Positions 12,504-23,451 of a stretch of DNA of 47,817 nucleotides are shown piece by piece. The position numbers were made by a program, and so were the translations under genes. Numbering within the stretch: position 1 is the first letter of the stretch; every line of letters begins with the position of its first letter. Source of the DNA: Octopus sinensis (taxonomy: Eukaryota); NCBI RefSeq assembly GCF_006345805.1, contig NW_021834498.1:1-47817 (forward strand), read 5' to 3'. The notes under the pieces were generated by a model that had not been told where the DNA came from, ran no database searches, and saw only the letters and a list, made by a program, of their open reading frames with translations.

Positions 12504-13535
12504 ATGTCAAACGAATGAGAGAGGCATGCTCATTCATCTTGTAGAGTGAATGGTTTACTGTGACTGTCTGTTTTTCTCACAACACCATTTTTCGCGCCAT
12601 TGTAATCTGTAAGTCTGAAGATCACAGTGGCTTGATACTTGACTCACGAGACATTCACCTATTTTCAATAAACTATAAATCTTTATTTAACATAAATCGT
12701 TCAATGACAGTTCGGAATATCGATACCTCAAATCAGCTTGCTGTTAAACATGGATATAACAACCATTCGCTGTCCCTCTGCATAGAATATATTCCTCTAT
12801 CACTCTGGCAAATGAGTTCCATTATTGTTTCTTTATACAATGGTGGATATCTTATAATACAAGGCCTCAAATCGGCAGATTTATTACATTATCTGCTAGA
12901 ATGCTTTACGGTATACATTCCGGTTCCCTGTGTTCAGAGATCTAATTACACCAAGACCACTTTCAATTTTCATACATTCGTTTAAGAGAAATAAGTAGCA
13001 GTCCATCACAATGATTGGTTCTTCGTTGCCTATCTATTACTCGTAGTCTCTCTCTCTCTCTCATCCTCTCACTACCTCACCGCACTTCCCTCTTTATTTC
13101 TCTCTCCGTCTCTCTAAGAAGTAGCAGAGGAAAAAGAAGTTGTACTCAGATCAGTAGAGGATTGGACTTCAGATTTAAATGTCTTAGATACAACATTTGT
13201 GACAAAGACGTCGTCACCACTCTTTTCTGAGCTGTTATGAGCCCGCAGTGAGGCAAGTCAATATTATATTCGCTCTTCTTTAGTTTCTTTGTTTCTGTGA
13301 GACCATACGACCAAGTCCATGCTGGAGTACATCCTATGGAACTTTAAAAATTGTAATTTACGATGAATATGTTGACATTGAAATAAAGTTAAGAGTCCTA
13401 TCTTACCATTTACCATATTACATTTACACATAATATATTTCTTGTATTGCTTTAGAGTGAAGAGAGTTCGACGTTATAAGTCTTAAAAATGTATCCTCTT
13501 CACAACCGTTTTAAATTGGAATCATCTAATTTTAG

Positions 13536-13690
13536 GAGATGGCACCAAGTCTCAGAGTCGCAAGCGCTGTCGGACATCTTTCACACCGGAGCAAGTGGCA
13601 ACGTTAGAGAAGGAATTTCAGTTCACCAAATATATTTCTGTTTCAAGGAGGATTCATCTCTCACTGACCTTAGGACTCACAGACACGCAG
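13536..13690 (+). CDS. Homeobox gene internal exon (homeodomain residues 1-44), NK-like/ANTP class
   Basis: After the acceptor ...ctaattttAG it reads (G)[51 protein letters not shown], with R5, F8, Q12, L16, F20, Y25, R31, L34, L38 and L40 conserved. It ends CAG|GCAAGT (GC donor, phase 0). An in-frame TAA at 13484 with no ATG in between shows that an upstream exon (phase 1) is needed. Confidence 0.93.
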
Positions 13691-14314
13691 GCAAGTATAC
13701 CGGTATGAACGTATGTGTGTGTGCGCGCGTGTGTGTGTGTGTATTATGATATTTGAGGGTGATTATATTTTTTGCCACTTACCCAACATTTTATACTGGG
13801 TCTTCATTTCAGCTTCATCATTATTCTTATTTTAATATCCTTTGACATCTCAACCGGCACCAAAATGGTAAGAGGCAATATGAATCGTATGCTGTTTCGG
13901 CGAAAAATCATAAACGATAAACATATTTTTAATTCACCTGAAGAAAACGTCTTTTATTACATGATGTAACTGATTTATTAATTAATAAAAAAAGAAACGC
14001 ATCTGAAACAGCTGTAGTAAACCTCAGCCCATTTGCGTTAGAATTTATACTACCGCCCACTGGGAACCTTGTACCTACGGTGGACGGTGGGCTGCGTGAC
14101 GGAACATTCTCTTTTGTGATTTTACGTACACGTTGGGGTGTTTTGGTCTCTATAATATGAATATATGCGTAACGGGAAGGAAATTGCTTTAGTAAGGATA
14201 TGGATGTCCGTAAGCATCATTAATACACAGGTATGCTACCTCCGACTCTACCATGATGCCTTTGTTATTAGAATATGTTGATTTCATTGGATCCTGAAAA
14301 TATACATTTACATA

Positions 14315-14340
<26 letters not shown>

Positions 14341-14345
<5 letters not shown>

Positions 14346-15130
14346 ACGGCAGTTTGTCTGTCTGTGTGTCTGTCAGGTTGTACCCTCACCCTGACCACGG
14401 CTTTCAACCGATTCTGATGAAACTTGACACACACATAGCCCAATGTCATAATTCAAAACTAACGCAGCGAAAATTTTGAAAAGTTCCCCCAGTTCTGAAA
14501 AGAAATCGATAAATTCGACATGGGTCGAGAATCTAAGCTTTTTATATGCAACACATTTTCTACAGACTGTCTAGGGGGCGCAACTCGACCTTTTTAACTC
14601 TCGGAACACGTGGGGTAAGTATCCCAAAATGTATAAAAATGTATAAAAACGGCAAAAAAGCGGGCAGCAATATGAGTGACAACAACGAAAAAGTCAAAAG
14701 TGACCAAACTGAGCAAACGAATGGAAAAGATTTTTTTGGTGCACACGACAAAAGCGGTTTATAATAAACCAAGAGTTTGCAAGTAGCGTCCGAGGACCCT
14801 TAGGGTACGTCAAAGATTTAAGGTAAAACGTTTGGGGTGGTAGTTATAAAGAAAGTGTAAACAAAAAAGGTATTCGAATAACTTGCGGCTGCAGCAGCTA
14901 TTAGCAGAAGTGGCGGTGTTGGGGGTAAAGTCTCGAATGTAATTTCTTCCTGGTAGGAATTGGTTGGGTTGAACTATCGATAGCTGTTTGATAGTTATTT
15001 GGGAGTGAAGAGAAGACATTGCAACCTACACATGCGCCTTCGTTCCCTAGAGGGAAAGGACTAGATTGGGATTAGTCGTTGCCTACTAGGGGCTCTTACA
15101 TACACGGGCAACGCCGGGCTATGCTGCTAG
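14341..15130 (+). mobile_element. Non-autonomous Helitron in the homeobox intron
   Basis: 3' end CACGGGCAACGCCGGGC + 7 nt + CTAG|T. The 5' end is lost in a TA run followed by (GTCT)n. Same terminal design as 44561-44917. Confidence 0.75.
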
Positions 15131-16810
15131 TTTATATATACATGGTGTTTACATGTTTCTGGCTACGCATTTAGATGTTCCTTTAAAATGCAACTCCCAC
15201 TAACCCTCAATCATTTCTTTCTTTCAGTCTTGTCTTTCTTTCTTCTTTTCCTTTCTTTCTAACTTTCTTCCTCAGCATCTGTAAATTGATTATTATTCAA
15301 TGCACCCCCCTCTCTCTCTCTCTCCATTTAGTATTATCTCCCACTACTCCCCTCTCCCTCACACCTCCATATAATTATTCCTTTTCCGAAACTCCTTCAC
15401 ATTTTTTCACTTTCTTTATTCCATTCACTTTTTCTTTCACTCATCTCACACACACACATCCAAACACTTATCATCTCGTTTCTCTTTATCGTTCACTCAC
15501 ACTCTTAACACTAAAGGACTCTCTTTCTCCCTGTATATCATCTTTATATATTTCATTTCTCCTCTCCCTACATCTCCCCGACTCTCACTGTCTCTCTCTC
15601 TCCCGACTCTCCCTCTCTCTCCACTCACACACATACGCACCCAAACTCTCACACTCACATCAAACTATTTTCTCTGTAGCTTTCTATCTTTTTTCCTGTC
15701 ACCCACTCTGTCTCTGCCTTTCTCACTTTCCCCCTTTATTTATATATACATACAAACAAACATACACACACACACGCACACACACACACACATTTATATA
15801 TACATACATATATGTCAATGTCCATATATATATTTATTAATGTGTATATATACACACCTATATATCCTTACACGCACATGTATATATATATATGTACACA
15901 CACACACACACACACTCACACATATATATATATATACATAAATACACCTACTATGCTATAAAATATGTATGCAGATATATATGTATGTTTCAATCGCAGT
16001 CGCTGTCTCCCTGTCTCTCTCTGTATATCTGTCTATCTCTCTCTCTCTCTCTCTCTCTCTCCTTGTCTCTCCCTATGTCCAAGTTTTCCATTCAAAACAT
16101 CATTCATTCCTATTTTACAACCTCTCTGACACTCTGCAGAACAGCCACGTGCCAGCAGTCACCTCTGAACTACCCCTGCCACCCCATACAACCAGACAGT
16201 ACTGTCTCAAAACAGCACGAATAAAACTCCGATATTCGTGTGAAGAACTAACTTTTGGCCCGATTTATGATGCCAACCAACTCATAAAATGGAATGAAAT
16301 CAGCCATGAGTTAGAACCTCCATATGAAATATTTTATTGATTCAAGTAACAGAGTAGACATCTTGCTTTTCATTTGTGCCGCGGTGACATGTTACATTGT
16401 TAACCTAAACGTCCATACATGCACACGTATACATATGTGTGTGTGCTTGTGTATGTGTGTGTATGTGTGTGCTGACTTCATAAGAGTCTTATAATCGTTC
16501 GGAAGAACGTGAAATAATTCTTTTTGATATTTTTAAGGTCCACATGAAAGTATAATAATAGCATGAGAAAATTGGTTGAGAAACCCTTTGGATAGGAAAA
16601 GGCCAAGGATTTTCAGATGTGTTTTATGTCCGACGAGAAGCCTTCGACATTTTTCCCCAAAGTTCTTTTTTGCAATTCAACACTTTCACGGTATTACTTA
16701 TGATTGTACGTGAGACTCAAGATTCTCTGAAAGAATTATACATATATATATATATGTGTGTGTGTATGTGAATATATATGTGTGTGCGCTCGTAAAATGA
16801 GTTAAGACAT

Positions 16811-17443
16811 AATAAACAGGAAACAGACACACGTGGTCGCCAACTCTTCGTCAGTTATCTGCTAGCGAGTCAATCGCAATTTAGCGCCTTACCGATATTA
16901 TTATATCCCCTAGTGGTGGCGCCGAAGACAAATGCTTCCGGGAATTGGCGAGCCAAATAAACATGAAACAAAACAGAATATGTACGGACAAGAATGCGTT
17001 ACAGACAGTTAACATACGAATGTGGAATAGATGGCATCCAATGTGAGACAATTAGTGTATGCACGTGGGACAGCGAAGAAAACAAACATGACTGTGGGAA
17101 AACAAGCGAATTGATATAGATATCAGTCAGGAGACAAAAATAGCCGATGCTGGAAGACTATCCTGAAGGATTTAACAGAGGGACAACAAAAGGCGAATAG
17201 AGCGGGTGACGAGGAAATGAGACAGTTTGGTAAACCAACCGGTCCAGAAAAGAAAGAGATAAGACAATGATCAGAGGTCACATGTCGGTAGTAGGAAGGA
17301 TGAAAATGGCGGAGAGCAAAGAGAAACACAGAGGGGTGGGCAAAAGGATGTCAGAGATAGAAGGAAGGGGACAAATAGAGAGAGAGAGAGAGAGTTAGAG
17401 AAGGCCAAAGAACGTGAAAGATAGCAACATAGAAGGAAGGGGA

Positions 17444-17491
<48 letters not shown>

Positions 17492-17820
17492 AGTGTGCGT
17501 GAAAGTTAGAGAGGAAGAGAAAGGTGGGAAAGAGAAGTACAAAAATATGGGGTATTAAGCTGTAAATAAAAAATTGTTCTAATGTAAGTAATATATAACA
17601 TATAATAAACGAGAAACAAAGATGGTCGCCAACTTCTTATCAGTTATCGGCCAGCGAGTCAATCGCAATTTCGCGCCTAACGGATTATATCACACCCCGC
17701 CGGGAACTGACGAGCTAAAAAACCAAGAAACGACAGAAAATTGTACAAACTGACAAGAATGCGTTATAGACAGTTAACATACAAATGTGGAATAAATGTA
17801 ATCCAAAACGAGACAATTGG
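16811..17820 (-). repeat. Direct repeats (16811-17055 and 17604-17820) flanking a purine-rich spacer
   Basis: Shared TGGTCGCCAAC...CAGTTATC.GC.AGCGAGTCAATCGCAATTT...ACAAGAATGCGTTA.AGACAGTTAACATAC.AATGTGGAATA. The partial-tandem arrangement is reminiscent of retroelement terminal repeats. Confidence 0.8.
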
Positions 17821-17845
17821 AGGATTGTCCCTCGTACATCCACTT

Positions 17846-17945
17846 GCGCACGTATGATTGTGATGCATGTACCTTGTGTAACTTTATCAGATGAGTAGTC
17901 ACGATGAGCATACTGAGCTTCGTATGTATTTATCCCAGCGTCAAT
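17846..17945 (+). repeat. Fragment of the same repeat as 845-1210
   Basis: GCACGTATG.TTGTGATGCATG...TTATCAGA.GAGTAG.CACGATG shared, followed by (AAT/GAT)n. Confidence 0.65.
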
Positions 17946-18054
17946 AATAATAAAAACAATAATTATGATGATGATGATGATAATAACATTAATAATAATA
18001 ATAACAACAACAATAATAATAATGATCGTTTTTGTTGTTTTCTTTAACTCCTAG

Positions 18055-18327
18055 GTAAAAATTTGGTTTCAAAATCGTCGCACGAAATGGAAGCGAACCA
18101 ACAACCATCTACCAGCATGTTTAAACTCACCCTACCACAGAACTCTCAGAGGACACAGCAACATTAAATATTCTTCAGAACACTTCCAGTATTCTTCTAA
18201 CTACTTACATCCGGTGTATTCCAGTTGGCATCCATCACCGGAAGTGTTCTATCCGCCATATTCTTACATCGTACAAGGAAACTGTGCATTCACATCCGCT
18301 AGATGTTGTGACTATATCTATATATAA
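18055..18327 (+). CDS. Homeobox gene terminal exon (helix 3 + C-terminal tail)
   Basis: Pyrimidine tract and ctcctAG acceptor, then [90 protein letters not shown]-stop (TAA 18325-18327). Phase 0, joins in frame with the 13536-13690 exon. Confidence 0.95.
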   Translation, partial: [90 protein letters not shown]

Positions 18328-18557
18328 GAAAACGAAACTGAGCGAACAGAGATGGAACAATGAATGTTTTTATTTGTTTATTAATGTATTTATTTATTCA
18401 TTTATTTATTTCTACATTTATTTAGGTTATAGTATGGATTTATGAAAATCTATGTTCCTGAATCTACCTACCTACGTTTTTTTTCTTTCTTTGTGTTGAA
18501 TTATCTCTACTAATAGCATTGTACTTACACACATATACACATGAAGCAGCACTTCAC

Positions 18558-18610
<53 letters not shown>

Positions 18611-19172
18611 CATAAAAACAAGCAGCATTGTTCATATGTACATATATACACATATGTACAGAGATACATCATACACATACACACTCATACACCCACACAC
18701 GCACTTACACACATACATACACACACGCATATATATATATGTATATGTATATATGCACGCTACTATATAATTGTAATACACATACATACGAACACACACA
18801 TATATATGGATGCGTGTATGTGTAGATATATATATGTATGTGTGAGTGTGTGTGTGCGTGTGTGTGAGTGTATATACAAATACGTGCATGTATTTATATA
18901 TGTATATGCCTTTGTATGTTGCCATATATTTGCATATTTATCTACATCACGTGTCCATGGTTCTAACTTTCCAACTGAAATTCCATGAATCAATATATGT
19001 TTATCGATCGGTCTAACTGTCTCAGACTTTCTCTCTCTCTCACTCCCTCTTTATGCACCTCACACACACCCTCTCTCCCGTTTCTCTCTCTGTCTCTCTT
19101 TCTCTCTGTCTACACACGTAAACACTCATTTATATGTAGAAAGACAAGCATTTCTTCTGACAATATCTAACA

Positions 19173-19203
<31 letters not shown>

Positions 19204-19384
19204 CTTCTTCGTTTCTTCGTCTTCTTCTTTTTCTTTTTCTTCTTTTTCTTCTTCTTCTTCTTCTTCTTCTTCTTCTTCTTCTTCTTCTCTTCTTCTTCTT
19301 CTTCTTCTTTTCTTCTTTTCTTCTTCTTCTTCTTCCAATTCTTCTTCTCCCAGCTCACCGCCTTATATATTATTGATAACAATC

Positions 19385-19596
19385 CTTTCTATTATAGGCA
19401 CAAGGCCTCGAATGTGGGGGAGGGGCATAGTCGCTTACTCGACTCCACTCTTAAACTGGTACTTATTTTGTCGACCCCGAAAAAATGAAAGGCAAAGTCA
19501 ACCTCGGTGAAATTTGAACTCAGAACAGAGCGACAGACGAAATGCCGTTAAGCATTTTGTTCAACGCGCAAACGATTCTGCCAGCTACCAGCCTTA
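19385..19596 (-). mobile_element. SINE family B
   Basis: Reverse complement of the same family (ATGAAAGGCAAAGTC...TTTGAACTCAGAAC...TTCTGCCAGCT on +). Confidence 0.72.
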
Positions 19597-20274
19597 TATA
19601 TTATTGATAATAATAACAGGAGTATTCCTCTTCCGAACTTTACAGATAATGATAACAAATGTTTCCGCCATTGATGAGAATATAGTATATATGAAAGACT
19701 GGAGGCAATAGTGAGGTGAGAGTCAGAAAATGGTTCTGTTGCAGGGTCACTTAAAATGGTGCTGCGAAATAGACACGGAAAGGCATAAACTCCATTCGAG
19801 CCAATATAAAGGAAGTTGATAACACTCACAGGATCTTAGTAACACTAACAGTAATTCCAAAAATGAAATTTCGCATTAATGCAATGGTAAAATATATATA
19901 AATATGTGTGTGTACGTGTATGAGTAATATATTCTTACGCTTGTATGTGTATCACTGTTCTTAAGAACAACAGTGATACACACACAAAAACACACACACA
20001 TACACATGCACACACACCCACACACGGACATAAACGCATGCGCACATAATGATACACATCTTTGAAGAACAGAATGTAGTAATTGGAGCAAGAGTAACCA
20101 CAAAAACGAAACGTGTCGCTGAGCTGAAGAGGTCACAGATGTGTGGCGAAAGATGAGTTAAAATTTAAAAGAAATAATAACAGTAATGAACAGGCGAGGA
20201 ACAAATATATCGTGCGTGTGTTTATTTGGGAGGAAACAATGACCATTCGAAATTCAACAATATATAAGTGTGTA

Positions 20275-20310
<36 letters not shown>

Positions 20311-20386
20311 TTGTATATACATATTCATCTGTTTGGATGTGTACATAAAAATGTATATATGTATATTTACACCCATATATATATAT

Positions 20387-20418
<32 letters not shown>

Positions 20419-20530
20419 CATGCATACGTATATATATATGTATATGTGTGTATATGTATATATGCATACACACATATATATATGTCCATTTATAGATATA
20501 TATATATATATAATGTCTGTATATGTTTGT

Positions 20531-20569
<39 letters not shown>

Positions 20570-21324
20570 AATATGTATATATATATATAAGTGTGTGTGT
20601 GTGTGTGCGTGTATATATATACATACACATATATATATGTATGTGTGTGAGTGTGAGTATACAAGCACGCAGGCACATTCACAAATCTATGTTTTAGATA
20701 ACTGAATTAAAACAAATGTTAGTGCAAACCACGCAATTATAAACATCACGACTATAACTGTGAAATAGGACAGACACATAAGACGGTTCCTCTCCGAGTT
20801 AGAATGCATTTTCACCTAGTCTTTGATGTAGTACATTGCAGCATGGATGCACGACAAAATCAGAGAGGAAACGAAGCCTGTCACCGAAGGTATTTCAAGA
20901 TGAATACTAAATACAAAATTAGAGGATTAGTATTAAAAGAATTATTATTAACACTACCAAATATTAATCCACAGCAATTTATTAATAACCTAAGGAGAAT
21001 TATTAATAACGGGAAATAAGTAATCGTTAGTATTGGCATTTATTGGTATGAAGATACAATATATAATACCATAATTCCTGTTATATAGGTTGGTCACTTA
21101 TTTAAATGCCTAAATAATGAATATAACCCCACAAAGTTATCGGTTGAGGAATATGTTTCTCCTAAAATATGTGTAGACAGAGACACAGACACAGACATAC
21201 AAACACACGACACACACACACGTACCCAAACACACACGTACATATTTGTACATATGTGTATGTGCACATATATATGAAGATGATATATATATGTGTATAA
21301 TTATATACATATATATATATATAT

Positions 21325-21376
<52 letters not shown>

Positions 21377-21775
21377 TATATATAAAATATAGACATTTAT
21401 ATAGAGGCATTTTCTCGATGTTAACACACGCACATACACGCTCACAAAATACACAGCAATAAATACACAATCACACACATACACACACGCAATCTAGCAT
21501 ATATATATATCATAGGTATGTATATCACAGAGGTATGCATATATTATACATCATTTGCGTATGTGTGTGTGTGTGTGTGTGTGGCGTAAGACAGTTTATT
21601 CTGATCGTGCTGAAATAAATGGAAAAGAGGTTGCTAACATTGAAAAGAAAAAGTTGGCCATTGATTTGAGCACCATCTATCATTTCTGACAGGGACCCAA
21701 CTGAATAAAAGTATGCGTGTGCGTAAGTATAGGTATATAGGTATATATATATGTGTGTGTGTGTGTATGTATGTA

Positions 21776-21822
<47 letters not shown>

Positions 21823-21954
21823 TACTTACATACACACATATATATATATATACGTATACTGTAAATGTATATGCATAGTATATATGTGTATATATATATA
21901 TGTATGCTTAAAATATTATAAATATACATCCATACGTACATACACATATATATG

Positions 21955-21991
<37 letters not shown>

Positions 21992-22077
21992 TTTTGTATA
22001 TATTATGTATATATATATATATATATATATAATAATATATATACTTACATAGATGCACATAATTATGCATATAGTGA

Positions 22078-22119
<42 letters not shown>

Positions 22120-22892
22120 TATACATACATATATATATATACATACATACATACATAAACGCGCAGAGACATATAATGGATATCTCTATATTCTGTACAC
22201 AAAGACGTATGTATTATTCCGTCCGTGTATAAGTACGTATTTATGAGGTGATGGGCAGGTGCGGGTTGGCTTATATCGCATAAATACCAAATGATATTTA
22301 AGAAATATATTCTTTGAAATTCTTCAATCGCCTAACTTCCAATTAAAACTAAATACTTACATTTTAATTCCTTTTATTTTTTCTTCCTCTGCCAATCGGA
22401 ATATTTAAAATGTCAAATCTGAGATTTTAATTGAATCTCCAGAATTATCGATGAAGCCGAAATGTAAATCGGTGAATCGAATAGTCAGCTGAAATATTGG
22501 AATAAAACAACGAAAGTAAGGAATGGATTCTATAGTATTGCCCAGTTAATGATCGCTAACGTGTCATAGAAGAATAGTATGGCTCCTCGAGGAATATTCT
22601 TGAACGCTATTGTGAATGTTATTGTTGATCTTTGGATAAACGAAACAATCATTGTGGAGTGCGACTAGGGTATAGAATAATGAAGGACTTCGTAGATGTC
22701 CTACATGCTCTATAACACAAACGCACGTACACACAGACACACACACGTACACACACACACACACACACACAGACACGCACACACACATATGAGTGTATCT
22801 ATTATACACATAATTAGGATAAACTCATTATTTAATGATTTATCAGTGGCCAGCATACTTAAAATACAATAATGATTAATTTATATTAAAAT

Positions 22893-23047
22893 TATAATAA
22901 GGGTGCTGAATGATCACAACACCACTCTGATAGAAATAGATCCCAAATGGTGCATCAACCACTTAGATTATATCTAAGTGGATCATAGACCATTTGGGGT
23001 ATGTTTCTAGCAGACTGGCCTTCTGATCCTTCAACACTCTTATTATA
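22893..23047. repeat. 155-nt imperfect palindrome/hairpin
   Basis: Paired blocks TATAATAAG/CTTATTATA, CCCAAATGGT/ACCATTTGGG and CCACTTAGAT/ATCTAAGTGG around a tiny loop near 22970. Confidence 0.85.
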
Positions 23048-23058
23048 TATATACATAC

Positions 23059-23098
<40 letters not shown>

Positions 23099-23303
23099 GA
23101 TATATATATAGATATATAGATATATATATATAGATAAGAAAGTTGGTTTGTGAAAGCACGTAGGTGAATATATAGAAAATAGTAACGAGTGAAAAAACTA
23201 CAGAAGGCTTAAATGTTAAAAAATATATATATTTGCGTCAATATGTCTGAAGAATATTAGAAAATTAAAAATTTTTTTTTTCTCTTATAATGACATAATT
23301 TAA

Positions 23304-23342
23304 AAGAAAGACCGGTTTCGCGTGTAGCTTTTCAAATTTCTT
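23304..23342 (-). ncRNA. Minimal type I hammerhead ribozyme motif, U3-A8 core variant
   Basis: Minus strand: AAGAAA-U-UUGAAAA-GC-UACAC-GC-GAAA-CCGGUC-UUUCUU. Stem I AAGAAA/UUUCUU (one extra U), 2-bp stem II, palindromic ACCGGU stem III, GUC cleavage triplet. It lies in the 3' region of the PLE, on its sense strand. Confidence 0.72.
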
Positions 23343-23451
23343 GCGACGTTATGTTTATGTTGAATAGAGTTATCGTTATGTTTATGTTCAGAAGAGTTCT
23401 AAATAAGGGAAGGTAGTGAGTGATTTCTTCCGGTGTAAGGGAGATAATCGC

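Noticed and set aside
12560-12985. 141-aa non-repetitive ORF as the homeobox N-terminal exon
   Set aside because: No recognisable motif, non-ATG start and no convincing phase-1 donor found.
13118-13257. Exon-like segment after a pyrimidine tract with a second GCAAGT at about 13252
   Set aside because: All frames hit stops before the putative donor or give the wrong phase.
13489-13749. 86-aa ORF from the track
   Set aside because: Wrong frame; the real homeodomain exon is in another frame of the same DNA.
14050-14090. GC-rich intronic hairpin TACCGCCCACTG/CGGTGGACGGTG
   Set aside because: Short, single copy in the window and no supporting context; compatible with chance.
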